From contig OY776562.1 of NCBI GenBank assembly GCA_963675785.1, forward strand, positions 64,001 to 128,000: a stretch of DNA of 64,000 nucleotides. Reading direction: 5' to 3'. Source of the DNA: Anaerolineae bacterium. GTDB lineage: Bacteria > Chloroflexota > Anaerolineae > UBA1429. The position numbers and the translations under genes were made by a program. Shown in pieces: positions 9,001-19,333 of the stretch; within the stretch, counting starts at the first letter, position 1, and each line of letters begins with the position of its first letter. The notes beneath the pieces were generated by a model, which did no database searches, had not been told where the DNA came from, and saw nothing but the letters and a program-made list of their open reading frames with translations.

Positions 9001-9417
9001 GTGGTTGAAATAAGGTATGTTAAGAAACGGATAAGGATTTCTGGTTCAGTCTCGATAAGCATCTGGATGAAAAAGAATATGAGAACAAGGTGAATACAAA
9101 AAGGGGTATGACTGTCGGAGGATAATCAGCCGATAGGATTACTTCGGTATAATCTTTTCTGGGATAACACTCCGTTCTGTACTTTGTTATATATAGACGG
9201 GAATTACCGGAGAAAAGGCTATGGTCGAATGCTTATGGGATTCTGGGGAAAAGATATGAGATTGCGGGGGTATGGAATGATATTGGCTTCTACACAGGTC
9301 GATGAAGGGGCGCAGCATTTCTACAGAAAACTGGGTTATAAAGATTGCGGCGGAGTCATAGTGGATATTCCCGGCTATGAACAACCTATGGAATTATTCT
9401 TGAGCAAGGCGTTGTGA
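9001..9417 (+). pseudogene. Frameshifted GNAT acetyltransferase
   Basis: Pieces VVEIRYV / DKDFWFSLDKHL / IGLLRYNLFWDNTPFCTLLYI..YRRKGYG..FYRKLGY are joined only through frameshifts near 9028 and 9108. Confidence 0.75.
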
Positions 9418-9444
9418 CTGGTTTGAAATTGCAGAGTTGTTTGA

Positions 9445-9668
9445 ATAACAGTAAAAAAGGCAAGAAAACTTAGAAACGGGCTTTTAATTGCAGGCTTTGT
9501 AATTATGTTATTGGCTTATGTTTATGAACCCCTGATAATTGTTGGTGCCTTGGTGACATTCTCCTGTCTTATTCCTCATTTTCTGTATAACAAATGCCCT
9601 CATTGCGGAAAGCAGCTTGGCAGGACGAAGGAGATTTCTGTCAGCATTGCGGTGGACGCATCAACTAA
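9445..9668 (+). pseudogene. Small membrane zinc-ribbon protein, start degraded and frameshifted
   Basis: Two hydrophobic helices, KCPHCGKQLGR, then EGDFCQHCGGRIN-stop in a shifted frame. Confidence 0.65.
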
Positions 9669-9690
9669 AAGTTCCAGTTTGCCGGCGTGG

Positions 9691-9797
9691 ATATGTTTTC
9701 TTATACCTGTTTTTCCGTTTACATATTATCTTATACGAGTAGTTTCGGTGAATATGTTAGCGTATACGTGTGATATTTCTGATATGTTAGGATATAC
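9691..9797. repeat. Four degenerate direct repeats, 30-31 bp period
   Basis: Core AYATRTTWNNNTATAC at 9691, 9721, 9752, 9782. Confidence 0.75.
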
Positions 9798-9822
9798 CTA
9801 TGACATCCGACCTGTGGTTTCA

Positions 9823-9876
9823 AGCCATGTGGAGATAGTAGTTCTGATGACGAGAAGGGGCTCTGAGAGCCAATAG
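9823..9876 (+). repeat. rlmD C-terminal att-like copy 3
   Basis: AGCCATGTGGAGATAGTAGTTCTGATG... encodes SHVEIVVLMTRR, matching rlmD HVETVALM only from the HVE codons onward. Confidence 0.7.
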
Positions 9877-9979
9877 TAGATTAATTTGAGAATCTTGATT
9901 TGATAACCCTTGTTCCCCCCAATAGGATGTTCTTATGTAATATTGACATAATGCATTGCAATATTGAAAGGAACCCTAT

Positions 9980-10351
9980 ATGAAAGAGTCCAACGCAAAG
10001 GCACCCAAAAAGACCGACGGCGAGGACGCGGTTCTTGAAAAGATCACCGCAATGCCGGAACCTTACCGCTCTATGGGCGAGCGCCTCCACAAGCTCATTC
10101 TGAGCACCGCACCAACACTCAAACCCAGAGTGTGGTATGGCATGCCGGGGTATGCAAAGACTAAGGATAGCCCGGTCCTCTGCTTCTTTCGTTCTGATAA
10201 ATACATGACCTTTGGCCTTACTGATAAGGCGAACTTTGCTCTTGAAGAAGGTGCGCTCCACCAACTCCTTGCCTCTTCGTGGTTTTTTACAGAGCTGGAT
10301 GAAGCAACTGCGGCCAAGATTGCAGATATTGTACGCAAAGCCACAAGTTGA
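9980..10351 (+). CDS. DUF1801 (YdhG-like) protein
   Basis: P.L.PRVWYGMPGYA, CFF; GAAAGGAA RBS. Confidence 0.8.
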   Translation: MKESNAKAPKKTDGEDAVLEKITAMPEPYRSMGERLHKLILSTAPTLKPRVWYGMPGYAKTKDSPVLCFFRSDKYMTFGLTDKANFALEEGALHQLLASSWFFTELDEATAAKIADIVRKATS

Positions 10352-10547
10352 GGGCGCGCTGCAAGAAACGTTTTTTCCTGGATAACCAAGTATGCGCCCA
10401 AATGGATTGACCAAGGCGGATTATCTTTTCCCCGTATTTGTTGTGAAACGCCAGCCATGGTTACATGGTTTTATCGCTGTAAACAAGTGACCTTGTGTCG
10501 CGAAGAAAAGGCGGCTAGTTTTTTATCCGTTAGAGGAGAGTTTCACG

Positions 10548-10958
10548 ATGGAAAAGCAACCTGCGAATGACGAAAGATCTCCGTCTCAGCTAATCGATGA
10601 GCGAATTGAGGAATTAGGTGATTGGCGGGGGCAGATGCTCTCCAAGATACGAACCCTGGTCAAAGAAGTCGATCCGGAGGTAGTCGAGGAGTGGAAATGG
10701 CGAGGAACCCCTGTGTGGTCTGACGATGGAATGATATGTACTGGAGAGACTTATAAGAATGCTGTCAAAATGACTTTCGCCAAGGGAGCATCATTAGAGG
10801 ATCCCACGCATCTTTTCAACGCCAGTTTGGACGGGAATGTCAGAAGGGCCATTGATTTTCACGAGGGGGACACACTGGACGAGGAGGCGCTTAAGGAACT
10901 AATCTGTGCCGCCATAGCCCTAAACAAGTCCAATCGTAAGGCTTCTCGTAAAGGGTGA
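10548..10958 (+). CDS. DUF1801 (YdhG-like) protein
   Basis: DWRG, EEWKWRGTPVW, KMTFAKGASL.DP..LFNASL.GN.RRAID. Confidence 0.88.
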   Translation: MEKQPANDERSPSQLIDERIEELGDWRGQMLSKIRTLVKEVDPEVVEEWKWRGTPVWSDDGMICTGETYKNAVKMTFAKGASLEDPTHLFNASLDGNVRRAIDFHEGDTLDEEALKELICAAIALNKSNRKASRKG

Positions 10959-11075
10959 GTTTTTCCGTCAATAGGGGTTCGTGCCTGCTTAGGTTGATAC
11001 TGAGAGCGTGCCGATAAACTTCTGCGCATATGAATTTCTAGAATTCAGAGGCTTTTTTAGAAAGTTACTCTATCG

Positions 11076-11465
11076 CCTTCGCGCGAAATTGCTTTGGATG
11101 CCGAGGTCATTGAGACCATCAAGCACGTGCTTGCAGCCCATACCACGCCCTTTGTGGCGTGCAAAACTTGGACAACCGACGCCTTTTACCGCGAGACGCC
11201 GGATATGATTACCTATCGCAAAGAAGAGGGCTGCTCTGTTGTCGAGATGGAGTGCGCCACCATGGCCGCAGTGGCCAGGTTTCGTGGGGTTCACTTTGGG
11301 CAACTTCTCTACAGTGGCGATATCCTGACCGATTACGCCAACTATGATGAGAGGGATTGGAGCAAGAACCTGACCGCCAGGCAAAAACTATTCCACCTGT
11401 CCCTAGCCGTTATTGGAGAACTGGCCAAACATGAGGAGATAAACGATGCTGACTCTGACGCATGA
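11076..11465 (+). pseudogene. 5'-truncated nucleoside phosphorylase (PNP/UDP family)
   Basis: KTWTTDAFYRET and VVEMECA motifs present; N-terminal half absent. Confidence 0.75.
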
Positions 11466-12120
11466 CCTGGCACAGCGCTATCCTGGGGCGGCTGTTGGCC
11501 TTTTGGCGATGCACGATGTGGTGAATGCTGCTGCTCATGAAAAGCTGGATGAAATCCGTGGCGAGATTGAGCGTTCATTACGAGAAAAGTATGGCGCTAT
11601 GTCTCGCAACGCGCTCAAGGCCTTGTATCCCATGGATGTGTATGTAGCTTACTACAAGGCCTTTGGTTATAGCTATCATGTCCTCTCTCAAGTGGAATCG
11701 ATTATGAAGGGCAAGTTGATCCCCAATGTTTCCTCATTAGTAGAAGCTATGTTCATGGCTGAACTCAAGAACATGCTCTTGACCGCTGGTCATGATTTGG
11801 ACAAGCTTGCGGAGCCGTTACTGTTGGCTTTATCGACAGGGGAAGAATGTTTTACCGCCTTGAGCGGCAAAGAGGTATCCACTGTGGTGGGCGATATGAT
11901 GATTAGCGATAGCGAGGGCGTCATTTCCAGTATCTTGCGCGGCCCCGACGCTCGGACCAGCATTGGTCCTAAAACCACGCGCGTGCTCTATGTGGTCTAT
12001 GCGCCGCCTACTATCGAGGATTCGGTGCTCTATAGCCATCTTGATGACATCGAAAGCTATGTACGTCTTTTGGGTGAGCCAGTTATGGACTTCAAGCACG
12101 TCTTGCGCGCTGCTCGATAA
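11446..12120 (+). CDS. Stand-alone B3/B4 (PheRS-beta editing-like) domain protein
   Basis: Y.AYYK.FG, LVEAMFMAEL, AGHDLD, GDMMISD..G.ISS. Confidence 0.8.
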   Translation: MLTLTHDLAQRYPGAAVGLLAMHDVVNAAAHEKLDEIRGEIERSLREKYGAMSRNALKALYPMDVYVAYYKAFGYSYHVLSQVESIMKGKLIPNVSSLVEAMFMAELKNMLLTAGHDLDKLAEPLLLALSTGEECFTALSGKEVSTVVGDMMISDSEGVISSILRGPDARTSIGPKTTRVLYVVYAPPTIEDSVLYSHLDDIESYVRLLGEPVMDFKHVLRAAR

Positions 12121-12171
12121 CAAGGGTGCCCCATCTATTTTACTATCCTATGAACGATGGCAGACATCGAA

Positions 12172-12741
12172 TTAGGATAAATCCATGATGCTGTTTGTCA
12201 TCAACTTTTCGGCTAACTCTGCCATACGTTCTGGGGATTCTTGCATACCGTTTTCAAACCAACGGCGCAGCATTGCCACACAGCCAAAGGTCACAAAGTC
12301 ATAATAGTATTCATAGTATTCTTCTTTACCGTTCCCAAAGAGCTTCCGCCATTCGCTTTGGTTCTGCGGACGACCTCGCTCGATGATCTGGTTTAGAAGC
12401 CTTGTTTCTCGTGCGTGAAAGATGGCAATAAAAAGATCTGAATTTGCGGCTATGTATTGAAACAGATCAAATAGTGCTGACATCCAAAGAATCTGTGACT
12501 GCGTCTTGTATTTCCCCAAAATGGCAGTGAAATCCTCTACGACCTCTTCCTCAGTTTGTTCAAAAAGATCATAGATATCCTTATAGTGCAGATAAAAAGT
12601 CCCCCGATTGATATCAGCAAGTTCAGTAAGCTCGCTTACCGAAATATCCTTTAAATTTTTCTTCATCAGCAGCTGTGTCAAGGCCTGCCGAATCCTCGCG
12701 TTCGTTTTACGAATGCGACGGTCATCATTTGCCTTTTTCAT
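12172..12741 (-). CDS. TetR/AcrR regulator
   Basis: DRRIRKT...ISVSELTELADINRGTFYLHY; divergent from the ABC genes. Confidence 0.9.
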   Translation of the reverse strand: MKKANDDRRIRKTNARIRQALTQLLMKKNLKDISVSELTELADINRGTFYLHYKDIYDLFEQTEEEVVEDFTAILGKYKTQSQILWMSALFDLFQYIAANSDLFIAIFHARETRLLNQIIERGRPQNQSEWRKLFGNGKEEYYEYYYDFVTFGCVAMLRRWFENGMQESPERMAELAEKLMTNSIMDLS

Positions 12742-12902
12742 GGCGAAATCTTTTCCTTCTTGCACAACTGATGGAGAGTTTGTTGATTTTCCGACAAATG
12801 TCCGATGTCTCAATACTTGAGGTTTTTCTTATCCCCTACTATAATAGACAGCTGACTAAAAATCAACGAGTGGTTAATATCTTGCAAGAAGGATGTGTTG
12901 TA

Positions 12903-13604
12903 ATGAGCTTTATCACGCTTGATGAAGTTACAAAGCATTACAGAATGGGCGAAGTGATAGTCAAGGCTGCAGATGGCGTAAGCTTTCAGATAGAAAAAGG
13001 TGAATTAGCTGTTGTGCTTGGTCCGAGCGGGGCTGGGAAAACAACAGTGCTCAATATGCTTGGTGGCATGGATACCTGCGATGGTGGACACATTGTGGTT
13101 GATTCCATGGACATTAGTTCGCTAAACGCCAAGCAACTTACCGTTTTCCGGCGCAAAGATATTGGTTTCGTGTTTCAGTTTTACAACCTAATTCCCAATC
13201 TTACAGCACTGGAAAATGTGGAACTCGCCTCTCAGATCTGTGAGAATCCTTTGGATTCTGCCGAGATATTGGCAGAAGTGGGACTGCACGACAGGACGGA
13301 TAACTTTCCATCTCAACTCTCTGGTGGAGAGCAACAACGTGTCGCGATTGCCCGCGCTTTGGCAAAGAACCCCAAACTATTGCTTTGTGACGAACCAACT
13401 GGTGCGCTTGACGATGATACAGGCAAAGTCGTCCTCTCACTGCTTCAGAAAACGAGTCATGAGAAGGGAATGACCGTCATTATTATCACCCATAACCAGG
13501 CCATTACTCCAATGGCAGATCGTGTCATCCATATCCGAAACGGCAAAGTGGATGATATTCTTGTCAACAAAGCCCCTGTTCCTATCGCTCAGATAGAGTG
13601 GTAA
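12903..13604 (+). CDS. ABC ATPase (LolD/MacB type)
   Basis: [24 protein letters not shown]. Confidence 0.93.
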   Translation: MSFITLDEVTKHYRMGEVIVKAADGVSFQIEKGELAVVLGPSGAGKTTVLNMLGGMDTCDGGHIVVDSMDISSLNAKQLTVFRRKDIGFVFQFYNLIPNLTALENVELASQICENPLDSAEILAEVGLHDRTDNFPSQLSGGEQQRVAIARALAKNPKLLLCDEPTGALDDDTGKVVLSLLQKTSHEKGMTVIIITHNQAITPMADRVIHIRNGKVDDILVNKAPVPIAQIEW

Positions 13605-13609
13605 GCTCC

Positions 13610-16600
13610 ATGACCAAGAATGCATTTTGGAAAGATAGTCTACGGCAAGTGCGGGCTACACTAAATCGTTTCTTGGCTATTCTTGTCATAACGGCCTTGG
13701 GAGTTGCTTTTTTTGCCGGGCTTAGAGCATCTGGCCCCGACATGAGAGCTACGGCCTCAGCGTATTACGACGAATTGAATTTCATGGACGTCAGGTTGCT
13801 CTCCACCATCGGTTTCGATGAGAATGATGTGGATGCCGTAAGAAACACGCAAGGTGTTCTCGGTGTGATGCCAGCCTATTCCTATGATGCGATTGTCGAG
13901 CTATCGAGTGAGAACTTGACCATTCGGTTGGACTCTTTGAGTGAAGAACCTAATACAGAAAACGATATCAACGCTCCCAATGTAGTAGAAGGGCGTATGC
14001 CGGAAAGTAGCGGCGAATGTCTTGTCGATCCCCACTTTATAACGCTCTCTGGCTATCAAATCGGGGATACCGTGAACTTGGTCTCAGGTACGGCTACGCT
14101 CATTTCGGATACTTTGAAAACAGACGCATTCCAGATTGTGGGAATTGCAGAGAGCCCTTTGTATATTTCCAATGAACGGGGATCTAGTGATATTGGCAGT
14201 GGCAAGATGGACGCCTATGTTATGGTGCCTGCAGGTGATTTCACTTTGCCAGTCTATACAGAGATATATGTGACAATCGAGAATGAGGCCGGGCGTTCTC
14301 GATTTGAGGATACGTTTACGGATTTACTAGAGCCAATCGAAACCGCTTTGAAAGATGTCGGAGAGCTTCGAGCAAGTGTGCGTTATGCTGAAATCCAAGA
14401 CGAAGCAACCCAAGAACTGGATGACGCTAAAGCGGAACTCAACGATGGATGGGCGGAATACAATCAAAGTAAAGCGGATTTCGATACACAGATTGCTGAT
14501 GCACAGCAACAACTTGATGATGGATATGTCCAATACAACCAAGGTCTGGCAGAATATGCGGCGGGCCTCAGTGCACTTGAGGCAGCAAAAACAGATACGG
14601 AAGCGCAGTTTTCCCAAGCTGAGGATCAATTAGCACAGGGACAGACAGAATATGAAAGCGGGCTTGGCGCCTATAACGATGGCAAGGTCGTATATGATGC
14701 ACTGGTTGATGCATTAGCAGCTGGTAACACGCCTGAAGCTATTGCGACTATTAGTGGATTGATCAGCGAGATGCAGGATGATGGCGCCGATCTTGCGATG
14801 GTGCTCTCTGCTTATGTGGACAATCCTGATGATGCTACGAGTATAGCGGCAGCACAGGGAGCAGTTGCAGAGTTTGGCAATGTGCTCGAGCAAAGCAAGC
14901 AACAGCTCGATGAAGTAGCGGGCACGCTTGATGAAAAAAGCGTCGAATTGGAACAAGCACGCCTCGATGCTCAAAGCCAATTGGATGAATCCCAGGATCA
15001 GCTCGATGAATCATCCAGTCAGCTCAACGATCTAAAAGAAACCCTTGACAAAAATCGCGAGGAACTCGAACAGTCGCGAATTGAGGGGCAAGATGGGTTG
15101 GCTGAAGCCAAAGAGAGACTTGAGGAAGCAGCGCAGGAGATAGCGGATGGCGAAGAGCAGTTAGCTGAGCTTGAAATGCCAGAATGGTACATCCTCGATC
15201 ATGATACCAACATTGGCTTTGCCAGCTACAAAGAAGACGCAGAGCGTATCGATACGCTCAGTGTTGTTTTCCCCCTACTTTTCTTCCTGGTGGCGATACT
15301 CGTATCCATGACCTCGATGACACGCCTTGTGGAGAGCGATCGTCCTCATATCGGCACCCTCAAAGCATTGGGCTATAGCAATGGCAAAATCGCCTCGCGC
15401 TATCTGCTTTATGCCCTGGCAGCCTCATCTTTGGGTAGCGGGATTGGTTTGATTGTAGGTTTTAACCTTTTCCCCCGAGTGATTTTCAACGCTTATAGTG
15501 TGCTCTACAACTTGCCGCCGATCATGGCTGATTTTAACCTCAAATTTGCGGTTATTTCGACAGTAGCTGCAGTTTCATGCGCAACTCTGCCAGCCTGGTT
15601 TATCTGTGTGCGGGCATTAAGAGGTACCTCTGCTGAGATGATGCGCCCCGCCGCACCGAATAGTGGCAAACGTATTTTGCTTGAGCGCATCACGCCGCTT
15701 TGGAAGATGCTGAACTTTTCTCAAAAAGTGGCGATGCGAAATCTCTTTCGCTACAAAAAGCGTTTTTTCATGACGATATTCGGTGTTGCTGGCTGCACGG
15801 CACTCATGTTTGCTGGATTTGGGCTGCGCGATGGTATCACGACGATCGAACCCAAGCAGTACGAAAACATTCAGCGCTATGATTTACAGATCGACTTTGA
15901 AGGGGATGCCCCAGCGGAAGAGAAGCAATCTCTGGATGAAGAAATAACAAGCAGTGCAGGCATTTTGTCAGAAACCGAATTATTCCAAGAGTCAGTGGAT
16001 TTTTTGAGTGATGGACAGCTCAAATCAACAACGCTGATTGTGCCCGAAGTGATATCTGAATTTTCAGATTTTATCCATCTTCAAAATCGCGAGACACAAG
16101 AAACACTTGTTCTCTCGGATGATTCGGTCATTATTACAGAAAGACTGTCCGTATTGTTTGATTTGCAGGTGGGAGATACTTTCGTCCTTCGGGATGGCGA
16201 TGGACAAGAAGCGACAGTCCAAGTGGGCGGCATCGCGGAATACTATCTGTATCACTATATTTACATGTCCCCGTCACTGTATCGCTCATCTTTTGGAAAA
16301 GAGCCTGTCGCGAATCAGATGTTGTGTCTCCTTCGTGACCCTGCGGACGACAATAGCGCGCTTGCTACGAGTTTGCTGGAACAATCTTGCGTAACCTCTG
16401 TGACGCTCACTGCGAATGTAAGAGCTTCATTCGAAAACATTGTCAATTCCTTGCACTATGTCGTTTGGGTTCTGATCATATCTGCTGCGATGCTTGTGTT
16501 CGTCGTGCTCTTTAGTTTGACCACGATTAACTTGGAGGAACGTGGTCGAGAGTTGGCGACGATCAAGGTGCTTGGTTTTTATGACTGGGAGCTTGCTGCT

Positions 16601-16852
16601 TATATATATCGTGAGAACAGTCTCTTGACTATCATAGGCACTGTTTTGGGGCTTTTACTTGGCATAGTCCTTCAGCGTTACATCATTACGACGATGGAAA
16701 CAGACGTGCTCATGTTCAGCCGCGATCTCTTGTGGCAAAGCTATGTCTATTCGGCTGGCCTGACCATCTTTTTTGCTGCTGTAGTAAATCTTGTCATGTT
16801 TCGGCACATCTCCAAGATTGATATGGTCTCATCGCTCAAGAGCATTGAATAG
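13610..16852 (+). CDS. FtsX-like ABC permease with long coiled-coil extracellular segment
   Basis: Two FtsX modules (IGTLKALGY, LATIKVLGF); heptad-rich centre. Confidence 0.9.
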   Translation: MTKNAFWKDSLRQVRATLNRFLAILVITALGVAFFAGLRASGPDMRATASAYYDELNFMDVRLLSTIGFDENDVDAVRNTQGVLGVMPAYSYDAIVELSSENLTIRLDSLSEEPNTENDINAPNVVEGRMPESSGECLVDPHFITLSGYQIGDTVNLVSGTATLISDTLKTDAFQIVGIAESPLYISNERGSSDIGSGKMDAYVMVPAGDFTLPVYTEIYVTIENEAGRSRFEDTFTDLLEPIETALKDVGELRASVRYAEIQDEATQELDDAKAELNDGWAEYNQSKADFDTQIADAQQQLDDGYVQYNQGLAEYAAGLSALEAAKTDTEAQFSQAEDQLAQGQTEYESGLGAYNDGKVVYDALVDALAAGNTPEAIATISGLISEMQDDGADLAMVLSAYVDNPDDATSIAAAQGAVAEFGNVLEQSKQQLDEVAGTLDEKSVELEQARLDAQSQLDESQDQLDESSSQLNDLKETLDKNREELEQSRIEGQDGLAEAKERLEEAAQEIADGEEQLAELEMPEWYILDHDTNIGFASYKEDAERIDTLSVVFPLLFFLVAILVSMTSMTRLVESDRPHIGTLKALGYSNGKIASRYLLYALAASSLGSGIGLIVGFNLFPRVIFNAYSVLYNLPPIMADFNLKFAVISTVAAVSCATLPAWFICVRALRGTSAEMMRPAAPNSGKRILLERITPLWKMLNFSQKVAMRNLFRYKKRFFMTIFGVAGCTALMFAGFGLRDGITTIEPKQYENIQRYDLQIDFEGDAPAEEKQSLDEEITSSAGILSETELFQESVDFLSDGQLKSTTLIVPEVISEFSDFIHLQNRETQETLVLSDDSVIITERLSVLFDLQVGDTFVLRDGDGQEATVQVGGIAEYYLYHYIYMSPSLYRSSFGKEPVANQMLCLLRDPADDNSALATSLLEQSCVTSVTLTANVRASFENIVNSLHYVVWVLIISAAMLVFVVLFSLTTINLEERGRELATIKVLGFYDWELAAYIYRENSLLTIIGTVLGLLLGIVLQRYIITTMETDVLMFSRDLLWQSYVYSAGLTIFFAAVVNLVMFRHISKIDMVSSLKSIE

Positions 16853-16917
16853 TGGAGTATACTGGGGTATCATCGCGACTTGTTGGCTTGTTGTGCTCAT
16901 AAAGGGATGAAAAGAAG

Positions 16918-19245
16918 ATGGTCAAGTTTGCTGCGCAGTGTCTCGATGGCATCTATCGGATGGCTTATATGCCGCAGAAAGAATATGCTTCTTGTGCGAT
17001 CGAGTTCAATACCATGGCTGCGCTTGAGGAGCACGATTGTTCAATCATCCCTGCTACGGTTCCTGGTAATTCCGAGCTCGACCTGCAGGCCGCTGGCCTC
17101 ATCGATGAACCTTTTTACGGCAGCAATATCATCGAGCTGCAAAAGTACGAGAACTATCATGTGTTCTATTCCAAAACCTTTGACTATACGCCGAACGGAA
17201 GCGATCCTCAGCTTTACTTTGAGGGCATCGACACCTTCGCTGATATCTATTTGAACGGCGTATTGCTTGGCCATACTGAAAACATGCTCATCCCTCACCA
17301 AATGAGAGCCACAAGCACGGTAGAGGGTGAAAACGAGCTGTTCGTCCATATCTACCCGACTTGCATCAAGGCTCGCAAGCATGATCTCGGCGCGGCGGAT
17401 AATGCTATGCGCTATACCTATGACTCGCTACTGGTGCGTAAGGCGGCCCACATGTTCGGCTGGGATATCATGCCGCGCGCCGTCTCGGCTGGCCTCTGGC
17501 GTTCTGTGTCGCTGCTCTCTGTTCCTAACCACTATGTTCGCGAAGCTTATTTGATGACTAACCGCCTCTCTGCTGACCAAGATCGAGCTTACTGTGAACT
17601 CTTTTATCGATTCGAGATCGGCGATGATCCCATCAAAGGATATTCTTTCACCCTGACAGCCGATTGTGGCGAATCCCATGTTCAGGTTAGTGATGTGCTC
17701 TGGTTTACCCAGGGCAAGCTGCGTTTCGAAATTGAGAATCCCAAATTATGGTGGCCAGTGGGGCGAGGCGACCAGAACCTCTACACCGTCACCATCACCC
17801 TCTTGTTCGAGGGAGCGCCTGTGGCTAGCGACACATTCCGCACGGGCATCCGCACCACTAAGCTGCGCCGCAGTGAGATTCTCAATGAAAACGGCGAGGG
17901 CGAATTCTGCTTTGTCATCAATGGTGAACGGATTTTCATCAAGGGTTCCAACTGGGTACCGGCCGATGCTTATCATTCTCGCGATCGAGAGCGCATTCCG
18001 GCCATGCTCGATTTGTGGACTGAAATTGGCTGCAACGCGTTACGTAGCTGGGGCGGTGGCGTCTATGAGGACGACCTTTTCTACGACATCTGTGACGAAA
18101 AGGGGATCATCGTTTGGGCCGACTTTGCCATGGGCTGCGGATCATATCCTCAGACCGAGAACATGCAAAAAGCTCTATATCACGAGGCCGAGGTCATTAT
18201 CAAAAAGCTGCGGCACCACCCTTCTATTTGTTTGTGGGCAGGCGATAATGAGAACGATTACTTTATGGCTTACAACTATGGCACCGATCCGAACCTCAAT
18301 CTGTTGACTCGTAAGGTGTTGCCCGAAGCCATCCGTCGTCACGACCCGATACGGCCATTTCTCCCCAGTTCTCCCTATGTATCGCCTGCGGCTTGGACCG
18401 CTCATGATAGCAAGTTATTGCCAGAGAACCATCTTTGGGGGCCGCGAGACTATTTCAAAAGCGATTTCTACCGCCAAGCATCGGCATTGTTTGCGAGTGA
18501 GATGGGCTACCATGGCTGCCCTTCGCCTCGGTCGGTGAGGCGCTTTTTGCCGCCCGAGAGCGTCTGGACCGACTATTGCGATAACGCCGACTGGCTAACT
18601 CACGCCGCCTCGCCGGACTTGGATGGTCCCTACGCCTATCGCAATGAGCTGATGCGCAAGCATGTCAAGACTTTGTGGGGTATCGATCATTGTGAGAGCT
18701 TGGATCAGTTCGCACGCGCTAGTCAGATATCCCAGGCCGAGGCTAAAAAGTATTTCATCGAGCGCTTTCGCGCGAAAAAGTGGCATCGCACTGGCGTCAT
18801 TTGGTGGAACATCATCGATGGGTGGCCCCAATTCTCGGATGCCGTCGTCGATTACTATTTCACGAAAAAGCTGGCTTTTTCCTACATCAAGCGTTCGCAG
18901 AATCCTCTTTGTTTTATGATGGATGAGCCACAGGATGAAGAGCTACCTTTGGTAGCTAGCAACGATACGCGTTTCGATCAGGATACGACCTATCACGTTT
19001 TTACACTAGAGGATGGCGCCAAACATCTCGTCGACTCTGGGAGAGTGTGCGTCAGAGCTGATTCAGCCCAATGTGTGAGCAGACTGCCCTATGATGGCTT
19101 GGCCCAGACTTTTTATTATATCGAGTGGGATAACGATCAGTATGCGGGGAATAATCACTTTTTAGCGGGTCGTCCACCATACGATTTAGTCTGGTACTTT
19201 GATATCATTCGCCGTCTGGGCTATGATCAGTTCGAGGGATTCTAA
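16918..19245 (+). CDS. Glycoside hydrolase family 2 (beta-mannosidase-like)
   Basis: FEGIDT, GWD, KGSNWVPAD, WGGG.YE, WAGDNE, FASEMG. Confidence 0.88.
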   Translation: MVKFAAQCLDGIYRMAYMPQKEYASCAIEFNTMAALEEHDCSIIPATVPGNSELDLQAAGLIDEPFYGSNIIELQKYENYHVFYSKTFDYTPNGSDPQLYFEGIDTFADIYLNGVLLGHTENMLIPHQMRATSTVEGENELFVHIYPTCIKARKHDLGAADNAMRYTYDSLLVRKAAHMFGWDIMPRAVSAGLWRSVSLLSVPNHYVREAYLMTNRLSADQDRAYCELFYRFEIGDDPIKGYSFTLTADCGESHVQVSDVLWFTQGKLRFEIENPKLWWPVGRGDQNLYTVTITLLFEGAPVASDTFRTGIRTTKLRRSEILNENGEGEFCFVINGERIFIKGSNWVPADAYHSRDRERIPAMLDLWTEIGCNALRSWGGGVYEDDLFYDICDEKGIIVWADFAMGCGSYPQTENMQKALYHEAEVIIKKLRHHPSICLWAGDNENDYFMAYNYGTDPNLNLLTRKVLPEAIRRHDPIRPFLPSSPYVSPAAWTAHDSKLLPENHLWGPRDYFKSDFYRQASALFASEMGYHGCPSPRSVRRFLPPESVWTDYCDNADWLTHAASPDLDGPYAYRNELMRKHVKTLWGIDHCESLDQFARASQISQAEAKKYFIERFRAKKWHRTGVIWWNIIDGWPQFSDAVVDYYFTKKLAFSYIKRSQNPLCFMMDEPQDEELPLVASNDTRFDQDTTYHVFTLEDGAKHLVDSGRVCVRADSAQCVSRLPYDGLAQTFYYIEWDNDQYAGNNHFLAGRPPYDLVWYFDIIRRLGYDQFEGF

Positions 19246-19333
19246 GCGACTTTTTCCGATTTCTGTTGAAACGATAAAAGGAGGAGAGTTGGATGAACAG
19301 CGCTCCTCCTTTTCTAATACGCGCGCTCTAGGT

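Noticed and set aside
9691-9810. Possible CRISPR mini-array or dif site
   Set aside because: Period is only 30 bp with degenerate repeats and no cas genes; ATATGTTA resembles a XerD arm but no XerC arm sits at the right spacing
14400-15180. Repetitive Q/E/A-rich stretch in the FtsX permease
   Set aside because: Ordinary coiled-coil of this permease subfamily, not a DNA repeat
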